Positions 7,083 to 14,851 of a DNA stretch of 32,643 nt are shown here, piece after piece. The notes below the pieces were generated by a model. It worked only from the letters and a program-made list of their open reading frames with translations. It searched no databases and had not been told where the DNA came from. The translations under genes were made by a program, and so were the position numbers. Each line of letters opens with the position of its first letter. Position 1 is the first letter of the stretch. The stretch is taken from positions 1 to 32,643 of IMG/VR virus record IMGVR_UViG_3300031953_000073; one strand, given 5' to 3'. Origin of the DNA: a virus (Duplodnaviria > Caudoviricetes).

Positions 7083-8807
7083 ATGGGTAAGAAAAACAAG
7101 CACGACAAGAAAGCCAAAGGTAAGGCCGTCGAGGTCGAGCTCACTAAGAAAGAGCGCAAGGCACTCAAGGCCCGCGAGGCCGAGCTTGCCGCCAAGCTCG
7201 AGGCCAAGGGCAAGAAAGACAAGGGCGGCAAGAAGCCTAAGGCCAAGCTCGACAAGCTCGCCGACCTCGGCGCTGACGAGGAAGAGCTCGAGCGTCAAGA
7301 GGCGATCGAACCCGACCCGGTGCGTATCGCTTTCCTTGAGGCGATCATCGCCGACCTTGAGAACAACTCGCAAGACACTCGCGACAAAGCCAAGCGGAAT
7401 CTCGCCAAGGTTCTCGCTGGCAAGCCCGAGGGCATTGCGGGCGACGCTCGCCTTGTCGATGACGCCGAGGTGACCGTCGAGGTAGTCGAGTCTGACGCCG
7501 AGACCGCCGCCATCAAGGCGCAAGTCAAGGCAAAGAAAGAGGCTCGCAAGCTCGGCCTCGACCCCGACTCGGTTGACCGTAACGACGAGGCAGCGGTCAC
7601 CGCTTTCAACGCCAAGCTCGCCGAGGCAGGTGGTACGCTCAACCTCTTGACGAGTACCGCCGAGGTCAAGCGTCGCGCTGCCGACCTCGAGCCTGACGAC
7701 AAGCCCAAGCGCAAAGCTAAGCCCGACGAGGTTGTTGTCGAGCTCAATACCGAAGAGGGCCGCGAGTTTGTTGCCGGCGCTGCCAAGGATGAGCCCGAGG
7801 CCGAGACCTTTGCCACGGTGGAGGACAACAAGCCGATCGTCGAGCGTGACCACTTTGGTCGCCCAAAGATTTTCAACCCCGCCACCGGTAAGGCCAAGGC
7901 GTACACGCGAGTCACGACCTACATCGACAACCTCGAGGATAAGAGTGCGCTCGAAAAGTGGAAGCTTCGCACGATGCTCGAGGGGCTCGTGCTCAACGAG
8001 GCTGCCGTCGGTGACAGTGAGGGGCCGAGTGTCGAGTACCACGTTGGCCAGGCTCGCGACGCGATGCACACTCGTGACGTGGCGCTCGCCAAGCTCAACA
8101 AGGCCGACCGTAAGGGCAAGCTTGAGGTCGGCGAGCGTGGCCAAAAGGCCGACGCGATCGTCAAGGCTTTCAAGTCGACGCTCGACGCGATCGCCCGCGA
8201 GGCCCTCGACGTCGGTGGCGTGCATGAGCGAGCACAAAAGGGCACCGACCTGCACGCGCTTTGTGAGCTCTACGACATGCAAGGCATGGCAGCCGTCAGC
8301 GCCAAGCTCGAGGCCGAAGAGATTACCCCGGCCGATCATGCCGACGTTGTCGCTTACGCGAGTGCCATGCTTGCCGCGGGCATCAAGGTTCTCGAGTGCG
8401 AGCAACTTGTCGTCAATGACGAGGATGGCATCGCGGGCACACTCGACCGCTTGGTTATGGCCAAGTTGCCGGGCGGCACCCGCGCGATGCGCATGGTCGG
8501 CGACATCAAGACCGGTCGTGTCGACTACGGCGTTGGTAAAATCGCTCAGCAAATAGGCCAGTACGCCAAGGGCAAGGGGTATGACCCCGCCGACCCCAAG
8601 GCGCGACGTGACCTCAAGGCCAACCAAACCAAGGGTTTGCTTATCCACCTACCCCAAGGCGAAGCGACATGCAAGATTTACGTCGTCGACCTCACCCTCG
8701 GGGCTAAGGGAAACAAGCTTTCGAGCGAGGTGCGAGCCTGGCGCAACGAGGGCAAGCGTGCTATCGATTTCAAGGTTGACCTTGCGGCCGAGGTGATGGC
8801 CAAGTGA
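7083..8807 (+). CDS. PD-(D/E)XK (RecB/Cas4-like) exonuclease with a long charged N-terminal extension
   Basis: YTRVTT, GTDLHALCE, E-x-LV, AGTLDRL, GDIKTG, QIGQYA; start placed at ATG 7083 after GAAAGAGAG. Confidence 0.85.
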   Translation: MGKKNKHDKKAKGKAVEVELTKKERKALKAREAELAAKLEAKGKKDKGGKKPKAKLDKLADLGADEEELERQEAIEPDPVRIAFLEAIIADLENNSQDTRDKAKRNLAKVLAGKPEGIAGDARLVDDAEVTVEVVESDAETAAIKAQVKAKKEARKLGLDPDSVDRNDEAAVTAFNAKLAEAGGTLNLLTSTAEVKRRAADLEPDDKPKRKAKPDEVVVELNTEEGREFVAGAAKDEPEAETFATVEDNKPIVERDHFGRPKIFNPATGKAKAYTRVTTYIDNLEDKSALEKWKLRTMLEGLVLNEAAVGDSEGPSVEYHVGQARDAMHTRDVALAKLNKADRKGKLEVGERGQKADAIVKAFKSTLDAIAREALDVGGVHERAQKGTDLHALCELYDMQGMAAVSAKLEAEEITPADHADVVAYASAMLAAGIKVLECEQLVVNDEDGIAGTLDRLVMAKLPGGTRAMRMVGDIKTGRVDYGVGKIAQQIGQYAKGKGYDPADPKARRDLKANQTKGLLIHLPQGEATCKIYVVDLTLGAKGNKLSSEVRAWRNEGKRAIDFKVDLAAEVMAK

Positions 8808-9049
8808 CCGGGCTTGCCCTTTCGGGTTTGATCGCGCTTGCGCTCTTGCTCGTGCTCATCATCAATATCGCCGCCATACTGTACGTCGCCAGCATCGGCG
8901 TGCGGAACGAGAAAGCCGGCCGCGATGACTCGCCCCAAGCGGCGCTTGCTCGACGGCTCACGGTGGCCGCGACGGTCGTGTTGGCGCTCTTGGTGGCCAC
9001 CCTTGTCATGCTTGTCGTTCAACTTGTGGCGGTGGCATCGTGGGTATGA
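8804..9049 (+). CDS. Membrane protein with two TM helices
   Basis: Two long hydrophobic segments; 4-bp overlaps at both ends. Confidence 0.75.
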   Translation: MTGLALSGLIALALLLVLIINIAAILYVASIGVRNEKAGRDDSPQAALARRLTVAATVVLALLVATLVMLVVQLVAVASWV

Positions 9050-9303
9050 AAGATAAGGCGACCGTCGCCGTCAGCGCACAAGCCTACAACGTGGCGACCG
9101 ACGCGCGTGAGAGCGGGGCTAGATTCCATTGCCCCGTACTGCCCAAGGCGAGCGGCCTAGCCGCTGGCATCGACACTTGGGCGCTCGCCCTCGAGGCGAT
9201 CACCTCGGCGGGATGGGTGCTGCACACTTGGGCGATACTCCCCGACGGCTCGGCTCGGCCGCTCTTCGAGCGTGTCGTTGACGTATCAACGATAACGACA
9301 TAA
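9046..9303 (+). CDS. Hypothetical protein
   Basis: ATGA overlap at 9046; ALEAITSAGWVLHTW. Confidence 0.65.
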   Translation: MKDKATVAVSAQAYNVATDARESGARFHCPVLPKASGLAAGIDTWALALEAITSAGWVLHTWAILPDGSARPLFERVVDVSTITT

Positions 9304-9306
9304 GCT
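9278..9306 (+). promoter_or_regulatory. SigA-type promoter P3
   Basis: TTGACG-tatcaacgataacgaca (17 nt)-TAAGCT; shares CAACGATAA with P1. Confidence 0.75.
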
Positions 9307-9312
9307 AGACCC

Positions 9313-9403
9313 GCCCCCGGTTGAGGTATCCCCCACCTTAGCCACCCGGTAACCCCCGCCCTACAGATATGGGCGGGGGAGGTGTTCGACTCACCAAGGG
9401 GCA
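9313..9403 (+). ncRNA. tRNA-like cloverleaf RNA or structured 5' leader (non-canonical)
   Basis: Closing stem GCCCC/GGGGC followed by A; two 9-bp arms; T-arm GGTG-TTCGACT-CACC; starts at the predicted +1 of P3. Confidence 0.6.
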
Positions 9404-9455
9404 CGACCCGAAAGCAACCGCTCAAGGGCAGCTAGAAAACATAAGGATAAAGGTC

Positions 9456-9917
9456 ATGGCCAAGGACAAGAGCAAGAAGAACAAAGACGTAGACACCAAG
9501 CCCAAGGGTGCGACGCCAGTAGAGGATGACGAGTTCGGGGGGCCTGGCGAACGTAGCAATTTCAAGCTCGCCGACCACGAGGGCGCGCTTTTGCTCATCA
9601 CCCCCAAGTCGCTCGAGGAAGATATCGAGACCGCTTTCGGTGAGAGCGATGCGATCAAGGCCGACATCGTCGTGCTGACCGACACCAATGGCAAGAAACT
9701 CAAGGAACCGATCGAGGAATTGGGCGCGCTGATCTTTCAGCGCGTCGTTATCGGTCAGCTAACCGAGAGCATCGGCAAGCGCCGAGTGCTTGGCACGATC
9801 GACCGAGGCGTCGCCAAGAAAGGCCAGTCAGCGCCATTCTTGATTGAGGTGCCAAGCGAGGATGACAAGGCTATCGCTCGCGCATACCTCGCCAGCGTCG
9901 ACCCTTTCAAGGCGTAA
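9456..9917 (+). CDS. Putative single-stranded DNA-binding or recombination accessory protein
   Basis: Beta-rich OB-fold-like sequence downstream of the exonuclease; RBS AAGGATAAAGG; own promoter and terminator; function is inferred. Confidence 0.55.
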   Translation: MAKDKSKKNKDVDTKPKGATPVEDDEFGGPGERSNFKLADHEGALLLITPKSLEEDIETAFGESDAIKADIVVLTDTNGKKLKEPIEELGALIFQRVVIGQLTESIGKRRVLGTIDRGVAKKGQSAPFLIEVPSEDDKAIARAYLASVDPFKA

Positions 9918-9932
9918 CCCAAACCCCACCCC

Positions 9933-9981
9933 GGGGCCGCTGGTAGCTGACCCGAGCTTCTGCCAGCGGCCCCTTACTTTT
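9933..9981 (+). terminator. Intrinsic terminator
   Basis: GGGGCCGCTGGTAG...CTGCCAGCGGCCCC followed by TTACTTTT. Confidence 0.8.
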
Positions 9982-10000
9982 ACCCTAGAAAGGCAAGACC

Positions 10001-10507
10001 ATGAGCGACCACTACGATAAGTTGAGACAAGAGCTCGACGACACCAAGCACGTCAACAATCCCGGCGAGCGCGACCGCATCATGTCCAAGGTCAGCGCGA
10101 CCGCCCTCATCGATATCGCCGAGACCCTCTCCCAGCTTTTACAAGTCGGCATGGTCGAGTCGGCCATCGTCACCCTCGATAACCTCGATACCGATGACGA
10201 GCCGGTGCCCACCGAGCGCCCCCTCGAGGTTGGCGATGTTGTGCGCTACGCCCTCGCCGATGCCGGGGGGTTTGCGGATGAGGCTATGGTCATCGCCGAG
10301 ATAGCGGTAAGCGAGGGGCAGCCTGTAGCGCTGCTAAAGGTCGGCCCCGATATTCGTTACAAGCTATGGCTTGCCGACCTCGAGCGCGTCGAGCCCTTCG
10401 ACGACCCTGACCCGGCCAAGCTCGAGAATGACGACGGCCACGCCGACGCTGACGCCGACGCCTATGCCGCCCTCGTCGCCGCTCGCAAGGGGGGCGACCG
10501 TGCCTAA
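10001..10507 (+). CDS. Hypothetical acidic protein with an SH3-like segment
   Basis: GAAAGG RBS; LEVGDVVRY...LADLERV. Confidence 0.75.
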   Translation: MSDHYDKLRQELDDTKHVNNPGERDRIMSKVSATALIDIAETLSQLLQVGMVESAIVTLDNLDTDDEPVPTERPLEVGDVVRYALADAGGFADEAMVIAEIAVSEGQPVALLKVGPDIRYKLWLADLERVEPFDDPDPAKLENDDGHADADADAYAALVAARKGGDRA

Positions 10508-10793
10508 CCGCAAAGCACGCCGCGCGTCGACAAAAGCTGGCCGTGTTATCTCGGCCCGCTACCTCGTGAGCAAACAAGACATCGAGCACTACGAGGTCGA
10601 CTCAATTGACATCCTTGCTTTTCACATTGACAAGGGATTGCGTGAACTTGACGCGGCCGGCGGCGACGTGCTCGAGCAAGCGGTCATTACCCTTGGTCGC
10701 CACCCGCGCCCTGAATATTTTGGCTCAGTCGTCATCGAGGTCAAGACCTCCAAGTTCAAGGCAGCCAAGCCCGAGGCGATCGACCTTAGCTAA
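10500..10793 (+). CDS. Hypothetical protein
   Basis: GTG at 10500 after AAGGGGGG; TAATG overlap with the endonuclease gene. Confidence 0.7.
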   Translation: MPNRKARRASTKAGRVISARYLVSKQDIEHYEVDSIDILAFHIDKGLRELDAAGGDVLEQAVITLGRHPRPEYFGSVVIEVKTSKFKAAKPEAIDLS

Positions 10794-11587
10794 TGGCTGC
10801 CCAACCCTGTAAAGAGTGTGCCGCCCGACCGAAGATGGCCGGGCGGCATCGCTGTATTGTCTGCCACTTGCGGCACGCGCCAATCGGCGAGCAAGTAGCG
10901 GCCAGCCAGCGACGCTTGGCGATGGTACCCCTCGAGCTACGCCGTGCCCGCGTGCCCGACAAGCTATGGCCGGCGGGCACTCGTTGGTGTGCTGGGTGTC
11001 AAACTTTCGTCGACCTCGCCGACGTGCCCAAGAGCTCGAGCCGATGCCGAGCTTGCGCCTCGGCCGCGCAACACGGCGCGATGATTGCCAAGACTTACGG
11101 GCTAAGCACTCACGAATACGACGAGCTCTTAGCTTCGCAAGGCGGCAAGTGTGCGATCTGTCGAGGCCGACCCAAGAGTAAGCGCCTGGCAGTAGACCAC
11201 GACCACGGCACCGGGGCGGTGCGCGGCTTGCTTTGCTCGAGGTGCAACCACGATCTCATGGGCGCCTCGTGGGATAGCGGCGCGATCGCCCTCGCCTTGT
11301 GGCACTATCTCAACACGCCCCCGACCTCGGGGCAATGGCGAGCGCCCGAGCTCGGGCTCACCTCGCCTAACGACGCTGTGCGCCCCGTAGAGGCGACGGC
11401 CCCGGTTGTCGATGACTTTGCCACGGTCGCACGGATAGGCGGCACAGTGCCCCAAAGCGCCGCGATGCTGCCCGCTCCCGAGCGGATACTCCCCGCCGAC
11501 TGGTACGAGCACGACCCGGCAGCGCTGCACGCCCGGTACGCCGCGCTCGGCAATCTCATTGCACGAGTAGACCCCCCGCCCTTTTAG
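10793..11587 (+). CDS. Endonuclease VII-family (His-Me) nuclease/resolvase
   Basis: YGLSTHEYDELLASQGGKCAIC...LAVDHDHGTGAVRGLLCSRCN; additional N-terminal CxxC pairs. Confidence 0.9.
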   Translation: MAAQPCKECAARPKMAGRHRCIVCHLRHAPIGEQVAASQRRLAMVPLELRRARVPDKLWPAGTRWCAGCQTFVDLADVPKSSSRCRACASAAQHGAMIAKTYGLSTHEYDELLASQGGKCAICRGRPKSKRLAVDHDHGTGAVRGLLCSRCNHDLMGASWDSGAIALALWHYLNTPPTSGQWRAPELGLTSPNDAVRPVEATAPVVDDFATVARIGGTVPQSAAMLPAPERILPADWYEHDPAALHARYAALGNLIARVDPPPF

Positions 11588-11602
11588 CAAGGGCGAGGGG
11601 TC
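11570..11602. terminator. Hairpin at the convergence of the two genome arms
   Basis: GACCCCCCGCCCTT-ttagc-AAGGGCGAGGGGTC, 13 of 14 pairs; no U-tract. Confidence 0.55.
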
Positions 11603-11618
11603 GACGTGCTCGTCGAGG

Positions 11619-11843
11619 TTAGCCGCGTAGAGGGTCGCCCTTGAGGAAGCCCGCCAGCGCCCCGCCGAGAGCGACGACGGCAGCGAAAGCGATGCCGGCA
11701 AAGTCGCCGAGGAAGCTAAAGAGCTCGGGGGTAATGGCGTTGATTGCCGCGACAAGCACGACGAGCACGACGCTCGTGACGGCCTGTGCGGTCACCTTGG
11801 GGGAGAGCGTAGTCTCGGCCTCGGTCTTGGTTTCGTCGTTCAT
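11619..11843 (-). CDS. Putative holin
   Basis: 74 aa, two TM segments, SPKV motif, last gene of the late arm; RBS GAAAGGTAGG. Confidence 0.65.
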   Translation of the reverse strand: MNDETKTEAETTLSPKVTAQAVTSVVLVVLVAAINAITPELFSFLGDFAGIAFAAVVALGGALAGFLKGDPLRG

Positions 11844-11854
11844 GTCCTACCTTT

Positions 11855-12229
11855 CTATCGAGGGGATGTTGCGTTGATTGCGTTGAGAACGAAAGCCCCG
11901 ACACCTGTGCCGAGCGCTCCCATGATAAGGCCAGGCACCCACGAAGCGCGGTTTTGTTTAGCCTGTACGTCGGTTAGTTCACTGGCTATTGTTGCGACTT
12001 GAGCGGGCAGCGCGCTCTCTCGCCAACTTGCGGCCTCGAGGTCTCTTATGCGATCGCCATGGTTTTCGAGGCGCTTGTCATACTCGTCGTGCTGCTTCTG
12101 ATGAGCCGCCTCGATGCGCGGGATGGCGTCAAGCACTTGCCTTACGTCGCCAGATAGCACGATCATTTGGTCGTATATCTCGCGCGAGGTGATACGCACG
12201 CCGCCACCGCTTTCGCTAGTCTCACTCAT
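11855..12229 (-). CDS. Coiled-coil protein with a C-terminal TM anchor (lysis-cassette type)
   Basis: VRITSREIYD...LENHGDRIRDLE...WVPGLIMGALGTGVGAFVL; upstream TATAGT-8 nt-ATG suggests a leaderless promoter. Confidence 0.75.
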   Translation of the reverse strand: MSETSESGGGVRITSREIYDQMIVLSGDVRQVLDAIPRIEAAHQKQHDEYDKRLENHGDRIRDLEAASWRESALPAQVATIASELTDVQAKQNRASWVPGLIMGALGTGVGAFVLNAINATSPR

Positions 12230-12254
12230 GATTCCCCACTATACTGCACCCCCT

Positions 12255-12389
12255 TTAGAGGGGCACGATGACCTGTCCGCATACCCCACAAAACGTGGGG
12301 TAGCCGTTGTCTGGCATTTCAATGCCAATGCCGTTGTTTGCGCATTCTGCCGTAACGCAAGTCACGACGTGCGTTGGCCATTCTTCCAT
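12255..12389 (-). CDS. Small Zn-ribbon protein, 44 aa (absent from the ORF track)
   Basis: Hand translation MEEWPTHVVTCVTAECANNGIGIEMPDNGYPTFCGVCGQVIVPL; GGAGG RBS; alternative start at 12401. Confidence 0.75.
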   Translation of the reverse strand: MEEWPTHVVTCVTAECANNGIGIEMPDNGYPTFCGVCGQVIVPL

Positions 12390-12423
12390 TTCTTCCTCCA
12401 TGATTGCCCCCGGGCTTTGTTGT

Positions 12424-13314
12424 TTACGGTGCGTAGGTCGCGGCCCAGTAGATCGCGGTGGAAAAATTGGTACCGCGCGAGTAGTTGATTGTCATTCCGG
12501 TCGTGCCATTGGGCACGAAAGTTATATCGTGCCCTGATTGGGGCGAGCCTGAGTGCGCAGCAAACGACGGTGAGGGCGTACCGCTAAAGCGCCCCGCCGG
12601 GTAGGTGACGTTTGCAGACCCGGTATAGGGGCCAGAGCCAGAGAGTGAGATTGTTACACTCCCGGTTGCCGCCTCTATGCCGGTCGCAAGTTTCTTCCAT
12701 GCTGTCCATCCCGATACGTTGTAAAAGTCTTGCCTGTAATAGACGGCAGTGTCCGTATTCTGATAGCTCGACCAGTATTGAATCGTGGCGTCTCCAGAGC
12801 CGGTGTTGAATCCGCGAACCGTCAGCACCTGCCCGTAATTGGTGGGGTGAGGCCAGCCTGAATTGGGGTCAACAAACGTGGTCGAAACCCCCATGGGGTA
12901 ATCGCTGGCTGCTCTGGTCGGTGTGTAGTAGCTCGCATTGCGAGGGATCTCTGGATATCCAAGGGGCTTGTCGGTTAGTCCCGACCAAGCGGGCTCGTAG
13001 CTCGTGTCAAGCACCGGCCTGCCGTCTTGACTCAGTACGCCGCCGCCGATGATGCCGCTTATGACGTAGCTATTGCCCACCGGTTGCATGACGACTCGGT
13101 CGCCAGCGACCGGCTTATTGCCAAGCCAGACATAGGTACGCAAGCCGGTCGTCGTTTCGCCCTCGAACCTAACCCGGGGCGTGCCAACACCGGCGTACCC
13201 GGCATCGACCACGGCGAGCCGCACCGGGCGCACGATAGAGTCATCGTTAGCTTGGGCCTCGGCCGCAAAGCCGGCGACGGCGGTAAGAAAATCTCTAGCC
13301 TCTAAGCCGCTCAT
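12424..13314 (-). CDS. Tail fibre / receptor-binding minor tail protein
   Basis: N-terminal OB-fold-like region (PRVRFEGE...PVAGDRVVM), WSGLTDKP motif, knob-like domain ending SGWTAWKKL, C-terminal beta-rich domain. Confidence 0.8.
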   Translation of the reverse strand: MSGLEARDFLTAVAGFAAEAQANDDSIVRPVRLAVVDAGYAGVGTPRVRFEGETTTGLRTYVWLGNKPVAGDRVVMQPVGNSYVISGIIGGGVLSQDGRPVLDTSYEPAWSGLTDKPLGYPEIPRNASYYTPTRAASDYPMGVSTTFVDPNSGWPHPTNYGQVLTVRGFNTGSGDATIQYWSSYQNTDTAVYYRQDFYNVSGWTAWKKLATGIEAATGSVTISLSGSGPYTGSANVTYPAGRFSGTPSPSFAAHSGSPQSGHDITFVPNGTTGMTINYSRGTNFSTAIYWAATYAP

Positions 13315-14420
13315 AGGGTAATCACTCGCCTAACTGTATGCGTCATTCTCGCCCCGGCCTTGAGGGGGAGCTCCCAAGTGTGCTCGCTGTACTTGCCATC
13401 GATGGCCAGGCCCGAAACACTTAAGTTGATAACGTCGGCGTTAGAGTGCATCGGCATGAGTGCAGTTCTAAAGGTGATGTTCTCAAACACTTGCGACGAC
13501 TCAAACCCGAGCCGCTCGGCTTTGGCGTCAAGTGTTGCTTGGTCTGCCGCCTCTTGCCCGGTGCGTACCTCGACGACATCGCGCCCCCTCGATACGGTCG
13601 AGGTGGGTGATGATGGCGACGAATTGGTGTACACCGAGCGCAAGCTGACTTGGTCGGGCTCGCCCTTGAGTAGTACCCAGATGTTGGGGATGTCGAAAAG
13701 GTCGAGCACTTGCTCGGTTGTGCCAGTGATGACGCTAGCGTCGTCGTCGCCATAAGAGTACTCGGCAGCACGCACGGCCGGCGATTGGTAAGGGCGACCG
13801 ATGAGGGTGCCATCCTCGTCAAACCAAGCGCTCTCGTAATTGATCGCCGAGAATAGGTCGTTAATGATTTGTAGCTTGCTCGTGCCCGGTTCCCATTCCA
13901 TCGCTACGGGCAGCGTGCGAGAGTCGGGCGTGATGGCGTGAGCGACCGTGATGGCAGCTGCGGCGATCGCCGTCGTGTACTTGGTGCCAGCGGCGACGCT
14001 GTAACGGTCAAGCGCTCGACTGTCCCTAAGCACGAGTAGCTGGTCGTAGGCGTCAACCTCGCGCCGCACGATACCGTCAGCGCCGAGAACCCGCGCCGGT
14101 GTAGACAAGAGGAACACACCAAGAGGCCACTCGACGACGCCGCCGTCGGGCATTGCCAGGCGCGCCCAAGGTCGGATGCGATCTTTGAGAAAGTTGATGC
14201 TGCCACGGTCGAGCATCGTAAAATTGGCAACTCGCTTGAGGTCGGCGAGCGCATTGTTTTTTACGGTGCACGATTCAACCCAGTCGAGCGGCTCGAGGTA
14301 GTTGTTGTTTTGGTCTAGTCGGTCATACCTAAAAGACATCGTGCGCGTGCCCAGTCGCCCCGTTAGGGCGTGCACGACCTCGTCGTCGCTATACACCCCC
14401 GAGGGGTCGAGCGGCTGCAC
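13311..14420 (-). CDS. Minor tail protein (baseplate hub/Tal-like)
   Basis: EWPLGVFLLSTP, WFDEDG, DIPNIW, SPTSTVSRGR; position after the Dit-like gene. Confidence 0.8.
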   Translation of the reverse strand: MQPLDPSGVYSDDEVVHALTGRLGTRTMSFRYDRLDQNNNYLEPLDWVESCTVKNNALADLKRVANFTMLDRGSINFLKDRIRPWARLAMPDGGVVEWPLGVFLLSTPARVLGADGIVRREVDAYDQLLVLRDSRALDRYSVAAGTKYTTAIAAAAITVAHAITPDSRTLPVAMEWEPGTSKLQIINDLFSAINYESAWFDEDGTLIGRPYQSPAVRAAEYSYGDDDASVITGTTEQVLDLFDIPNIWVLLKGEPDQVSLRSVYTNSSPSSPTSTVSRGRDVVEVRTGQEAADQATLDAKAERLGFESSQVFENITFRTALMPMHSNADVINLSVSGLAIDGKYSEHTWELPLKAGARMTHTVRRVITL

Positions 14421-14851
14421 TAGCCAACCTCGGGGGAGTGGCCGACCCGACGCAAGCCAACGCTCAGCGCCGTGCCCGCACGGCCATCGGCTACACCTAA
14501 CTTGTCATTGATCGCGCAAAAGATTAGCCGCTTGCGATTGTCTCGATAGCAGATAGCCCGGCGATTATCGACGACCGTGCGCCAATAATCGACCTCGAGG
14601 TCGTGCGACTCACCGAAAGGAATAAAGACCGTGACGGTCAAGCCGACGATCGTTTGTTCGCCGTACTCGACAACGGGGTCGCCGCGGCCAGCAAGTACGA
14701 TCTCGGTAGCCATAACGTCAATGTTTTCGACACGCCCCTCAGCGAAGAGAAAGTTTCGGTCGGTCTCATTGGGGGAGGTGGGATCGAAAACCCATACCCC
14801 CATGAGGGTCGGCGCGGCTATGGTCGCGCTGTCTGACGTTGACTCGCTCAT
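14420..14851 (-). CDS. Minor tail protein (distal tail/Dit-like)
   Basis: LAGRGDPVVEYGE, ICYRDNRKRLIF; synteny. Confidence 0.7.
   Translation of the reverse strand: MSESTSDSATIAAPTLMGVWVFDPTSPNETDRNFLFAEGRVENIDVMATEIVLAGRGDPVVEYGEQTIVGLTVTVFIPFGESHDLEVDYWRTVVDNRRAICYRDNRKRLIFCAINDKLGVADGRAGTALSVGLRRVGHSPEVG

Noticed and set aside
7041-8648. 535-aa ORF antisense to the exonuclease
   Set aside because: Shadow ORF in codon register with the real gene, expected from high-GC codon bias; Leu/Gly/Val-rich with no recognisable motifs.
9313-9403. Canonical tRNA gene or tRNA-derived attP site
   Set aside because: No proper D-arm or anticodon arm, only a 5-bp closing stem, no CCA, and no integrase in the window; kept instead as a tRNA-like element.
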